Source: Setoptus koraiensis
Taxonomy: Eukaryota; Animalia; Arthropoda
Length of the DNA: 64,000 nucleotides
Assembly: GCA_048013815.1 (NCBI GenBank)
Contig: CM106586.1
Coordinates: 11,718,001-11,782,000, forward strand
Reading direction: 5' to 3'
The notes under the pieces were generated by a model, which made no database searches, was not told the DNA's origin, and was given only the letters and a program-made list of their open reading frames with translations. Below are positions 19,801 to 28,475 of this stretch, piece by piece. Both the position numbers and the translations under genes were made by a program. Numbering within the stretch: the first letter of the stretch is position 1; each line of letters opens with the position of its first letter.

Positions 19801-22531
19801 GTTGCAATAGGCCTACTTTGGGGCCTTTTGGTGTCTTGAGCCTCTGACAGACATCACACGTTTTGATATATTGTTCTATATAAGCATTCATACCGGGCCA
19901 ATAAAGATCGCGAAGACTTTCTTTAGTCTTTTTTACACCTTTATGTCCACCGATGATGAGATCGTCGTGAGCAAGTGTTAGGATCTTTTTCCTCATGCTT
20001 TTAGGTATAAACAGGCGATGTTTGGGATTTCCCTCGGTGGATTGGTCGATATAGTATAACTGATCATTAATAATAGTATAACGAGGTTCTAATCCCTTAT
20101 TAAGAGTCTCTTTGATGTAAGACATCTCTTCATCCCAATCGTTTTGAGGTATTTGTATGGAGCCCAGAGCTGCAACTGCATGTTGATGTCTAGCTAAGGT
20201 ATGTTTAGCCATTTGGTCAGCTTTATCATTTCCTTGATTATTTGAATGCCCCTTTATATGGATACACCTCAATTGTAGCTTAGTGGAGAGTTGAGCTAGT
20301 TCTTTAAATATAGCTTCGTTTATAATGGGATGGTTCTTGGAATCTTTCCAACCGTTAGCGATCCATTTCTCGAGTGATTTATTCAATGCATTTGCCGCGT
20401 ATCTACTATCAGTCATTATGACGATATTAGTAAGACCCTCTTTTAATGCAATCTTACATGCCTCAATGATGGCTCGGACTTCAGCGACTTGATTTGATGG
20501 TTTGTCATCATTTACCATGCCAGATGCGGCTAAATCAACATTGAAGGTAGGATAAACGGCCCAAGAAGCTCTGCAGTCGGGAGTGCCATTACCACTACAG
20601 GCGCCGTCTGTGAAGAAGATTTCTTCAGGTGGATCTGGATTCATGAACATCAAGCCGGAAATTGTATTGGGCTCCCTTATCACGAATTTAAGGTTTATAT
20701 CAGGAGGCAGCCGAATCATCAATCTTTCGACCCTGATTGGCAGTTCTTTAAGCTCCAATATCTTCACTAGGTTTTTGCAGGTAGTTACATAAGTAGTCTT
20801 GTCACATGGTAAATATACACCAAATTTCCTGTGAGCAAGAATGATAGCTAGTAATGTTTTCTCAATGTCTATGTAATTACATTCTGAAGCAGTCAGCACT
20901 TGACCTGCTCTTGAAATGAGCTCATGTCTCTCCGAAAAGCATGCAACTTCGATTGAGTTCTCCTTGGTGATGAGTTCCACCAATTTAGGCTCATCAGACG
21001 AGGGTATTCTTTGAGAAGTCGAGCTTTCCAACCTGAGTCGTATTTCCGTTAATGCCTTAGCATGTTCGTCGGTCCATTCAAACAGCACATTGTCTTTTGT
21101 TAAGTCACGCAACGGTTGGGCCAGTTGGGTAAAGCTCTTAATAAATCTGGCGTAGTAATTTAACGTTCCCAAGATGATTTGGATATCTGTTTTGGATCCA
21201 GGTTTGATTAAATAGATCGGGTCTGTTTTGCCCTTGACAGGTGCGATACTATTATGCTCAATTTGAAATCCTAAGAACTCTACTCTAGACTGAAAGAATT
21301 TGCATTTCGATTTCTTGAGCTTAACGTTATGTTGTTGACATTTATCAAGCACCCATCTAAGACGGTTATGATGTTCTTCCGGGGTTGGGGCAAATACAAG
21401 AATATCGTCAATGTATATAACACAGTATTTGTATATCCCTGCTTCAAATATATTATTCATTGTCCTTTGATATACTGCCGGTGAATTAGTTAGACCGAAT
21501 GGGGCAACTTTGTACTGATATAACCCATGTGGTGTAAGAAATGCGGTCTTGTGCCTGTCGTGCCTAGCTAACGGTATTTGGAAGAAACCTTCCGTGCAAT
21601 CGAGTGCGGAGAAATATTGAGATCCATGAAGACAGAGGAATAAGTCTTCGGCTCTTGGCAATGGATATGTATCTCTGATGGTTATGCGATTGATTGGAAT
21701 GTAATTAATAACCATTCTTTTGTCTCCAGTTTTCTTAGGTACCAGTCTTGCGTTGGAGGCGAAGTTGGAGCGGGAGTGTTCAATAATATTTGAAGCTAAC
21801 AAGCGATCAACTTGTCTCTTCATTTCGATAATATCTTCCGGTTTGTGACGTTTGAGACGTGCCTTTGGGGCGGCGTCTGATATTAAATCGATCACCATGG
21901 GTTCGCAATTTATGAGAGAGCTAATCTTCTCGGCAAATACATCCGGATACTCATTAAGTATGGAATGCACAACTTGGTTTTGCTTTATTGATGTTTGATC
22001 CCTCTTATTGATGCAGGATAGTGACACCGCCGATTGGAGTGTAATTGGTGATTCATGGCCAACTTGTTTGTTTTCTCTCTTCACTACTAAGTTTCCTCCT
22101 GCATTAATTATGTCGAATTTGAGCTTTTTAATGTCGGGGTTTCCCATTATCATATCGTGGCTCAAAAGATCTGTGCAATTGTCGACTATAAATGCTTCAA
22201 CTTCAACGGGAGCCATTTTAATAACGGATGAAGATATGTAGAGTTTTGTTGAACGGTTAACTTCGAAACGGGTGTTGTCTGCTGTACAGATATCTAAAGA
22301 GACTCTGGTTGTCGCAGGTGAATTCACTAACATAATTAAACCATCGGCAGGTATGAATGTCGCCGTTGCACCTGTATCCACTACGGCGGATATTTCTAAC
22401 GATTCGATTCTCAGCTTGGTTATTAATAGTTTAGAATTGGTGTCGAGACTGGAGATTATATAATCGGGCACATGGTCGCCTCTTATTCCTTGCACCCTTT
22501 GGCATTTAAATTGTCTGGGTTGGAAGGACAA
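16862..22531 (-). CDS. pol: Pol polyprotein: protease, RT, degenerate RNase H, second RNase H1, integrase with GPF module and long tail
   Basis: VVDTGAT (PR), YIDD at 21404-21415 (RT), TDGAC...AEVRA...TDS...KGH...NDKAD (RNase H1), HHCC and D,D-35-E cores, WEGPF. The track start is TTG, so it is probably made as Gag-Pol by frameshift. Confidence 0.95.
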   Translation of the reverse strand: MSFQPRQFKCQRVQGIRGDHVPDYIISSLDTNSKLLITKLRIESLEISAVVDTGATATFIPADGLIMLVNSPATTRVSLDICTADNTRFEVNRSTKLYISSSVIKMAPVEVEAFIVDNCTDLLSHDMIMGNPDIKKLKFDIINAGGNLVVKRENKQVGHESPITLQSAVSLSCINKRDQTSIKQNQVVHSILNEYPDVFAEKISSLINCEPMVIDLISDAAPKARLKRHKPEDIIEMKRQVDRLLASNIIEHSRSNFASNARLVPKKTGDKRMVINYIPINRITIRDTYPLPRAEDLFLCLHGSQYFSALDCTEGFFQIPLARHDRHKTAFLTPHGLYQYKVAPFGLTNSPAVYQRTMNNIFEAGIYKYCVIYIDDILVFAPTPEEHHNRLRWVLDKCQQHNVKLKKSKCKFFQSRVEFLGFQIEHNSIAPVKGKTDPIYLIKPGSKTDIQIILGTLNYYARFIKSFTQLAQPLRDLTKDNVLFEWTDEHAKALTEIRLRLESSTSQRIPSSDEPKLVELITKENSIEVACFSERHELISRAGQVLTASECNYIDIEKTLLAIILAHRKFGVYLPCDKTTYVTTCKNLVKILELKELPIRVERLMIRLPPDINLKFVIREPNTISGLMFMNPDPPEEIFFTDGACSGNGTPDCRASWAVYPTFNVDLAASGMVNDDKPSNQVAEVRAIIEACKIALKEGLTNIVIMTDSRYAANALNKSLEKWIANGWKDSKNHPIINEAIFKELAQLSTKLQLRCIHIKGHSNNQGNDKADQMAKHTLARHQHAVAALGSIQIPQNDWDEEMSYIKETLNKGLEPRYTIINDQLYYIDQSTEGNPKHRLFIPKSMRKKILTLAHDDLIIGGHKGVKKTKESLRDLYWPGMNAYIEQYIKTCDVCQRLKTPKGPKVGLLQPIVTSNIFDRIHVDIVGKVTTSHKGNKYIITAIDAFSRFGYARATPKTEVIDIINFLKEDIFAIHGCPKEIVTDNGVQFTSAEYTTLLNTLKIQPSYTCTYHAQSNGMDERFNATLVKIIKNYVSRHQKDWDQQLKWAVFNYNTTVNQSTKYTPYELLFGVKPRNPLRQPGELDNDIDAPLIKDLRDMVRHEAAFNTYKAQLVQKYYYDKKRKPQNYAIGQLVLVRVERVPTTICRKLAHKWEGPFVIVKFIGEKDSPKALLVSDLSQTVKRRISFEQAKPYFSREDEDELEEGLVQEIGRLNHHLLSKPMNDHDSGQVIDLEADEPEVGGKDILNSLPDSPIPIQSQIVVPVTLNHLDTRSGSTLSATSPEGENSVNESIQVTHDNRCPPEDSVSQQLSALNTHLYRTSPWVSNDEDDDLTNANRCPAVGSNCHEVSHTNTNRCPATDSICEVTHLRVNQSPSMSTTTDGDVRSCVNRRPSMGSTSNEPALIYANRCPTGGSIDENLARTPCVNRCPLTDSTGTIQAHTTCANRCSDVGSTGTTIYTSRVNRCPNTDSTGILGLNNNNSNNDNNNNNRSDELTNVNRYSESPIVRQTSLPFHVDDCPLWYGTQRGLTGTADIRDTMHQLGSLPRDNRISTDSQAELPIQQLTVDQNNANSQLSTDSMQRINDIQHDTPSQPLDPVSTDLNNANSNNTAVNNRSLDNMINTSLINPSMQFHPYNSPVTGDSMQVNIQSEISTEPNGTIIQPVHQHSNASESSNITDKQISCGTQTNLPVINLPVEGNSDNTFPNSNSMQITRDVEPESVSNTANTSSFVPELVSLACESPLMADRQNPVDAQVDTPVILSPTDGNCQMNSRSSELMQNKVSQEIGPRIESLVAHGSSDARISDTSGDNRSILDVLMDSIRRSPSTEGNPENPSLDDQITHQTPNSHLTSIETLNNAPTSDAINNSPTMPVDNITTRPKRTIRRPPRYSD
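18100..18540 (-). repeat. Degenerate coding repeat, ~8 units of 17-19 aa with core (A/V/T)NRCP
   Basis: Read from the Pol translation; ACATCGATTA-like cores every ~51-57 bp on the + strand. Confidence 0.8.
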
Positions 22532-23550
22532 TCTTTATTGAAATGGTAAGCTCCGCAGAATTTACAAGGGTAAGGTACTATCCCGTTAACTTTCTCGTAA
22601 TCTTTGCGGCACTTCTCGATGATCGTATCATCAACTCGTGGTGGTAGAAGTTTCGGTCGTGCTTGATCGAACCTACGTTTATCAAAAGAGTTATTGTAAG
22701 GCCGTTTGTAGTTGTTAGGCTTCCATTTACCGTCACGATGGAACTTTTTAGGGGGTCTGTCTTCTCCATATGTGCGTTTTTCAGGTGCTTTGAACGCAAC
22801 AGCTGCCAGTTCCGTTTTCTTGGTTAGTTCTTCTATAGTCGTGTTTTGCTTCTTCATTGCATTTTGAGTTTCCTCATGGATTTTAGCCAGCATTTTGACA
22901 ATAGTACTTGTATCAACAATAGAATTTTCTGAGAGATTCGGTTCAATTTCATCTTCGAACGTCTTGAGAACGGCACGTAATTCTTTCAGGGTTCCAATCT
23001 TACTTATGTTGGAGATATAATTGAGGTTAAGCTTCGTTTTAGAGGGCAAACTAGCGTATAGATGCTCTATTAGATCACGTTGATCTTTCAAGCTTTCCCC
23101 ATGATCTGGGTTGGCCTTTTTGTAGAGCACAATATAATCATCTAGATATGAAGATAGACTCTTTTCCCCTGGCTCATAATTCATTTGATGTAACTTCTTG
23201 ATAAAATCAAGACGAGAGTGAGAAGGGTAATATCTCTCTTTAAACTGTTTCTCGACAGTTGACCAGTCCCCTGCGGCGCTCTCTTTCTTCAGATTGGTCT
23301 TGAGCCAACCAAGAGCTGATTTCTCTAAGGCGTTGTAGAAATAATGACAACGATTCTTATCAGAGCATCGGTGAGTAACCTTCTTGAACTTGGAAAGAAA
23401 AGCACGTGGGTCTTCGTGTGAGGCTCCAGTGAATTCTGGTAGATCACCGTGTACAGCATGATTCTGAGAAAGGGTCTCGGATATTTCTCGAATATATGAA
23501 GTAGCGATATTTGAAATATCTTCTGAAACAGAGTCTCTGCTGGAAGTCAT
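22483..23550 (-). CDS. gag: Gag (355 aa)
   Basis: First ORF after the PBS; capsid-like helical region (LPEFTG...FLSKF); C-terminal knuckle CKFCGAYHFNKDC (CX2CX3HX4C). Confidence 0.85.
   Translation of the reverse strand: MTSSRDSVSEDISNIATSYIREISETLSQNHAVHGDLPEFTGASHEDPRAFLSKFKKVTHRCSDKNRCHYFYNALEKSALGWLKTNLKKESAAGDWSTVEKQFKERYYPSHSRLDFIKKLHQMNYEPGEKSLSSYLDDYIVLYKKANPDHGESLKDQRDLIEHLYASLPSKTKLNLNYISNISKIGTLKELRAVLKTFEDEIEPNLSENSIVDTSTIVKMLAKIHEETQNAMKKQNTTIEELTKKTELAAVAFKAPEKRTYGEDRPPKKFHRDGKWKPNNYKRPYNNSFDKRRFDQARPKLLPPRVDDTIIEKCRKDYEKVNGIVPYPCKFCGAYHFNKDCPSNPDNLNAKGCKE
22504..22510 (-). promoter_or_regulatory. -1 ribosomal frameshift heptamer U_UUA_AAU
   Basis: In the gag frame (GAC AAT TTA AAT) inside the 49-nt gag/pol overlap; pol is in the -1 frame; a GGGUGCA/UGUGCCC stem starts 6 nt downstream. 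Confidence 0.75.
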
Positions 23551-23645
23551 GATTCTATACGACTATCCTGTTGATTTGCAAGGATGGGCTATTTCCTCTT
23601 TTATTCTGTTCGTGGTAGATATTTTTCTAGTTTTACGACAGTGGC

Positions 23646-23663
23646 AACCACGCTCTGCTACCA
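23646..23663 (-). other. Primer binding site, initiator tRNA-Met
   Basis: TGGTAGCAGAGCGTGGTT, 2 nt inside the 5' LTR; complementary to the ...CTCTGCTACCA 3' end typical of metazoan tRNA-iMet. Confidence 0.85.
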
Positions 23664-23665
23664 AC

Positions 23666-24173
23666 TGTGATGCCTGAGCGTGTCACGGAACAGAATCGTA
23701 GCAGAGACGAGGAATTGAATAGCGAGCAGAGATGGAAGCGGATATTATTATATCAATTATTTGAGGACTTAAATGTACTAATTAACTAAATCTGCCCGAC
23801 AGGAATTACGAGTCCTGGGGCCTCTATCTATTACTGTATTTTATTACTGTTATTGCTGTGAAATTACTACTGTTTTATGCAGAGAACGAGAGAACGCAAG
23901 TGTGTATATCAAAATGAGTTCGGTCCTATTTATATGGTTTGACCACGCTGCATGAAAACGTGGTCTAGATTGGTGTGAGTTCCATATCCGTCGGCACAAA
24001 CAAAGAACAGGGTCTTCACTATATTTACATCGATGGACATCATGATAGATCATTGTTACATCCAGATTTAATGCAACTCTTTAAAGTCTCAAACAGTAAG
24101 GAGAGACGCACATGGGTCGGCACATGTGCATAGTACTGTAGATTATGTGCGGGCACAGTGCACGGGCATCACA
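23666..24173 (-). repeat. 5' LTR (508 bp)
   Basis: Same sequence as 13818-14325 at offset 9848; minus-strand TATAAA at ~23929-23934. Confidence 0.95.
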
Positions 24174-24197
24174 AAGGGTTCGCCTTGTGCGCTCACG

Positions 24198-24395
24198 ATG
24201 GGTGGTATAAATTTATTTGGCGAGCAAAAAAACGACGAAAGAATAGCGTGCTACTCAGAAACGATCACACCGACTGATTGTGGCTGCTTAACTCATATGA
24301 TCAAGTACATCATGTACATCACGATGGGGGCGAACTTTTTGTGTTACACGGCGTTGTTTTCTATCATTCTGAGGCTCTCATTCTTAAGTCTCTAA
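24198..24395 (+). CDS. Type A small TM ORF, copy 2, altered C-terminus
   Basis: Identical to 5412 through IIL, then RLSFLSL* because of a complex indel at ~24370-24390; the ATG lies 24 nt from the LTR edge. Confidence 0.45.
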   Translation: MGGINLFGEQKNDERIACYSETITPTDCGCLTHMIKYIMYITMGANFLCYTALFSIILRLSFLSL

Positions 24396-25368
24396 GATGA
24401 GTGAATGTATTGACAAGGCAACGCTCTCAACTATGATCATAGGACTATTTTCAATTAGATGAATTCAATGATTGGCATATCTGAATAACATCGGAAAACC
24501 ACTATGAATAATGGAGCTGATGTTCTAATTAGGTAGTGAATTATTCAAGTATGCATGTTGTCATGATATGTTGATAAAATTTAGGAGAGAAGTCAATCTA
24601 ATAAAAATGCTAACATGTATCATGACCAAATTTCCATCATTTCTTGATTGATGGAAACATATATTTCGAACGACAAGCTTCACTGAAAGATACGCAGTGT
24701 CTCTATGAATTGGCTTTAACATTACTTTTATCGTGTATATAGAGTCAATCGAGGCAAGGAAAATCAGACTAAAGAGCTCTCATGTCGGGCTTGAACTCAG
24801 TTAGTTCCGTCACGATCATTATGACGTCACTGTGTCAAAATAAAAGACTAACTTCGAGGCATCAGGTGAGTCAGACGATCTCCATCTACCAGTTGGATGA
24901 TAATCTTAGTTCAATCAAGATTAACAGCACCATGAATTTAGGCGTACATCAAGTACTTCATTAATCTGTATATCAATGATTGAAATTGGTGAATTCATAT
25001 CAGAGTAAGTTGGTCAGGATTGCATTCTCACTCTCATCAGCTGAATGAAATTATAAAAGATACATGCAAATCGGCTGCTTCTATTAAGTCCGAGCTCGTG
25101 CATGAAAGTAGAAGAGGAAACTGAATGAGACTTTGACACACAACCATTCTAACTTTCATTTCTTACATTTGACTTGAAATTGAGGCGAATATCAGAATTC
25201 TCGCATAAATAACAATTGTTTGGCCAGGATTTGTCGAATAATATTTTTGCATGGTAATTGACGGAATGGTTATGATTTATTGAAATTTCAGAAAATAGCA
25301 CACCTGTAAAACGTTCACACACAAAGACACACACACACACAGACTCATACACACACGGAGAGAGAGTC

Positions 25369-25731
25369 ATGTTCCCTCCAGTATGCTTCGAAAAGGAGGT
25401 GAATAGGAAAGATTTTCCAGCACCGTACGCTAGACCTGAGTTTAACCACGAAAAATGTTCGGGTCCCGTTGATGGTAAATGTTCTGTACTGCATGAAGAG
25501 ATGAAACCAGAGGAAAAATTTGATCGGATGGACGTCTTGCACGAATGTTACAATGAAGTTGTTCCGCTCGTGAGACGAGGGCAGGCAAAAGGGATTTTCA
25601 CAGAAATTAACAACTTCAATTGCAACTCGCATTGCAGCTCGAACTGGACCCTAGATGCATTGATTTTTTTCCTATTCTTTATTGGTATAGCGATGATCAT
25701 TCTTGTTTCAATGTTTTTGGACAAACCATAA
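25369..25731 (+). CDS. Type C-like small single-TM protein (120 aa)
   Basis: MFPPVC start, HEC..E.VPLV and NCNSHCS.NW motifs shared with 9268; middle part diverged; tail truncated by a recombination junction. Confidence 0.6.
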   Translation: MFPPVCFEKEVNRKDFPAPYARPEFNHEKCSGPVDGKCSVLHEEMKPEEKFDRMDVLHECYNEVVPLVRRGQAKGIFTEINNFNCNSHCSSNWTLDALIFFLFFIGIAMIILVSMFLDKP

Positions 25732-25818
25732 ATAACAATTGTTTGGTCAGGATCCGTCGAATAATATTTTTGCATGGTAATTGACGGAATGGTTATGATT
25801 TATTGAAATTTTAGAGCC

Positions 25819-26238
25819 ATGTATCCACCGAAATGCATCGAATCAGAATACTGGAGACAGTATCCTCTTTTATACAGAAATTATTCAATACTTGTAGATC
25901 CTTTTAATAGATTCAAGGAAAAAATGCTGTCCGTAGTGTCTGGATGTGATCGTCAATTGAATCAATGTCTTGAAGATTCCCTAAACCTGGATTTTGACAC
26001 TTTCGATGTTCCATCGTCTTGGTTTGGAAATTATGCATTTATCATGAGGAAAATGAACGAGAGTAATTGCTCCTCGCATTGCAGCACGCACTGGATCATG
26101 ATTGCATCGGGTATAATCTTCTTCTTTATTGGTATGGCGTTGATCTTTGTGGTTTCAACATATTTAGGCAAACGTGGAAAAAAACGAGGCGAAATTGCGA
26201 TTACTAACGTCCCCACACGTTTCCAGTTCTTGGGGTAG
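25819..26238 (+). CDS. Type B small single-TM protein, copy 2 (139 aa)
   Basis: Near-identical ectodomain to 6523-6942; substitutions concentrated in the TM and tail. Confidence 0.65.
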   Translation: MYPPKCIESEYWRQYPLLYRNYSILVDPFNRFKEKMLSVVSGCDRQLNQCLEDSLNLDFDTFDVPSSWFGNYAFIMRKMNESNCSSHCSTHWIMIASGIIFFFIGMALIFVVSTYLGKRGKKRGEIAITNVPTRFQFLG

Positions 26239-26454
26239 TAGCAGCAATAATTTTGGAGAAAAATCATCAGTTAGAAGCTCTTTTAAGACTTGAAGCAATA
26301 TATGAGTGTCAACCATGAGATCAACTCGATCGAAACTCTTTGTCTCTGCATAGAATAAAACGTAACCACCTTAATTTTTTGAACACTCTTGGTGTGCTAG
26401 CTCATTCATCATGGTGACCGATAGAGCTAACTTGATTATCAAACAGATCCATGT

Positions 26455-26682
26455 ATGTTCGAAAATATCTCGGGGAAAATGAACGAAAGTAATTGCTCCT
26501 GGCATTGCAGAACGCACTGGATCATGATTGCAGTGGGTATGGTCTTCCTCTTCATTGGTATCGCGATGATCTGTGTGGTTTCAACATTTTTAGGCAAAGG
26601 TAGAAAAAAACGAGGTGAAATTGCGACTAAAAACGTTCCCACTCGTTTCCCATTCTTTAAGGAGTGGCAGCAACAATTTTGA
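26455..26682 (+). pseudogene. 5'-truncated type B duplicate (75-aa ORF open here)
   Basis: Counterpart of 7152-7345; lacks the N-terminal ectodomain. Confidence 0.5.
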
Positions 26683-27541
26683 CGAAAAATCATCAGTTAG
26701 AAGCCCTTTTAAGACTTGAAGCAATATATGAATGTCAACCATGAGATCAACTCGATTGAAACTCTCTCTCTCTCTCTCTCTCTCTGTCTCTGCATAGAAT
26801 AAAACGTAACCACCTTAATTTTTTGAATACTCTTGGTGTGCTAGCTCATTCATCATAGTGACAGATAGAGCTAACTTGATTATCGAGCAGATCCATGTAT
26901 ATAGCCGACAAAGAAAAAAAAACAAAGGACAATGAGCACTGAACTAAAGTGACACGCCGATCCAGAAAAATGCTGTATCTTGATGCCACTTGTTCGAGCA
27001 TGTTGTCAAGAGACCTTGCGATGTGATAGTTCAAACATGAAGAAATGGGTCATTGTGACTCAAACACACGAGTGGAATCGGTGAACTCGTATCAGAGTGA
27101 GTTGGTTAGAATCGCAATTGCACTCCCATCAGCTTTATCGGGATAGAACAGATAAATGTAAAATGCATGCAGTGGTAATGCAAATCTACAGTTTCTATTA
27201 TATCAGTGCTCGCGCATGAAAAAAGAAGAGAGACTTTGACACACAACCATTTTAACTTTCAACTGGTGTATTGCAGAACACTTACGTCACGCGCTCAAGT
27301 CCATCTGCAACAAACAATTCGAGATTACATTTTTCGCTTCATCAGGCTTCCTAGTTGATATAGCAACTTTCACAACACAGATGGGCATTAACTCAACATC
27401 GCTTCCAAGTTGCTTGTATCATCTATCGCTGCAACAGAAAATTCAATTCAGACACAACAAAAGCACGAGGGACAATATCGGAGTTATTAATTGAGTCATC
27501 ACCAGTCTAACATACAATCAAGCTGTCGCCTTGCATACACC

Positions 27542-27640
27542 ATGGACGATATTACAGGAACAAAATGCCACGCAGAACTAATTAGCCCGACTGACTGTGG
27601 GTGCGAGATACGATATCTGTTTAGGTATATCATGATTGGA
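27542..27640 (+). CDS. Type A' small ORF, partial (cut by the gap)
   Basis: MDDITGTKCHAELISPTDCGCEIRYLFRYIMIG then N run. Confidence 0.45.
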
Positions 27641-28140
27641 NNNNNNNNNNNNNNNNNNNNNNNNNNNNNNNNNNNNNNNNNNNNNNNNNNNNNNNNNNNN
27701 NNNNNNNNNNNNNNNNNNNNNNNNNNNNNNNNNNNNNNNNNNNNNNNNNNNNNNNNNNNNNNNNNNNNNNNNNNNNNNNNNNNNNNNNNNNNNNNNNNNN
27801 NNNNNNNNNNNNNNNNNNNNNNNNNNNNNNNNNNNNNNNNNNNNNNNNNNNNNNNNNNNNNNNNNNNNNNNNNNNNNNNNNNNNNNNNNNNNNNNNNNNN
27901 NNNNNNNNNNNNNNNNNNNNNNNNNNNNNNNNNNNNNNNNNNNNNNNNNNNNNNNNNNNNNNNNNNNNNNNNNNNNNNNNNNNNNNNNNNNNNNNNNNNN
28001 NNNNNNNNNNNNNNNNNNNNNNNNNNNNNNNNNNNNNNNNNNNNNNNNNNNNNNNNNNNNNNNNNNNNNNNNNNNNNNNNNNNNNNNNNNNNNNNNNNNN
28101 NNNNNNNNNNNNNNNNNNNNNNNNNNNNNNNNNNNNNNNN
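27641..28140. other. Scaffold gap (500 N)
   Basis: Run of N. Confidence 1.
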
Positions 28141-28475
28141 TGACACAATCGTATCGGCAAGGCACTTCGATCAGCATAATTTTTTTTTTGTTACGTGCGA
28201 AAAAAAAGAAAGGTTTAGAAACTGAGCACATAAGAATGCAGGTTTTCGGGAGATCGCTCGGCGCACTAGATTTCGATGATAATTTATTTCGGCCCGGTAT
28301 TGGATATAAAATATCGGGAACTCTTACTGAAGCTCTGATATTTTTTGTTGCGATGATGACAATTTAATACTAAGCCGAAGTAAATATTCAGAGAGATTAA
28401 GTACGCCGAGCAATTGGCCGTAACCCTCAAGTGCAGAATGATTGTATTCGTGGTTTATTGAATCTGTCAACTTAC

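Larger units (their letters stand above)
13818..24173 (-). mobile_element. Full-length Ty3/Gypsy LTR retrotransposon, 10,356 bp
   Basis: Two 508-bp TG...CA LTRs, AAGG TSD (13814-13817, 24174-24177) confirmed by the empty site GTCAAGGGTTCGCC at ~5385, PBS, PPT, gag, and pol in PR-RT-RH-IN order. Confidence 0.97.
10310..27640 (+). repeat. Segmental duplication, copy 2 (deleted, rearranged, carries TE insertions; ends at the gap)
   Basis: Colinear similarity to copy 1, interrupted by the deletion junction at 11297, the MITE, an extra ~340-bp block and the LTR element. Confidence 0.85.

Noticed and set aside
23646-23663. tRNA-like sequence ending in CCA
   Set aside because: Only the 18-nt PBS; no cloverleaf.
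24126-24395. LTR-derived N-terminal extension of the type A ORF
   Set aside because: Starts at GTG with no in-frame ATG in the LTR; the native ATG at 24198 explains the ORF.
27491-28367. Long ORFs spanning the N run
   Set aside because: Artefacts of translating N as X.
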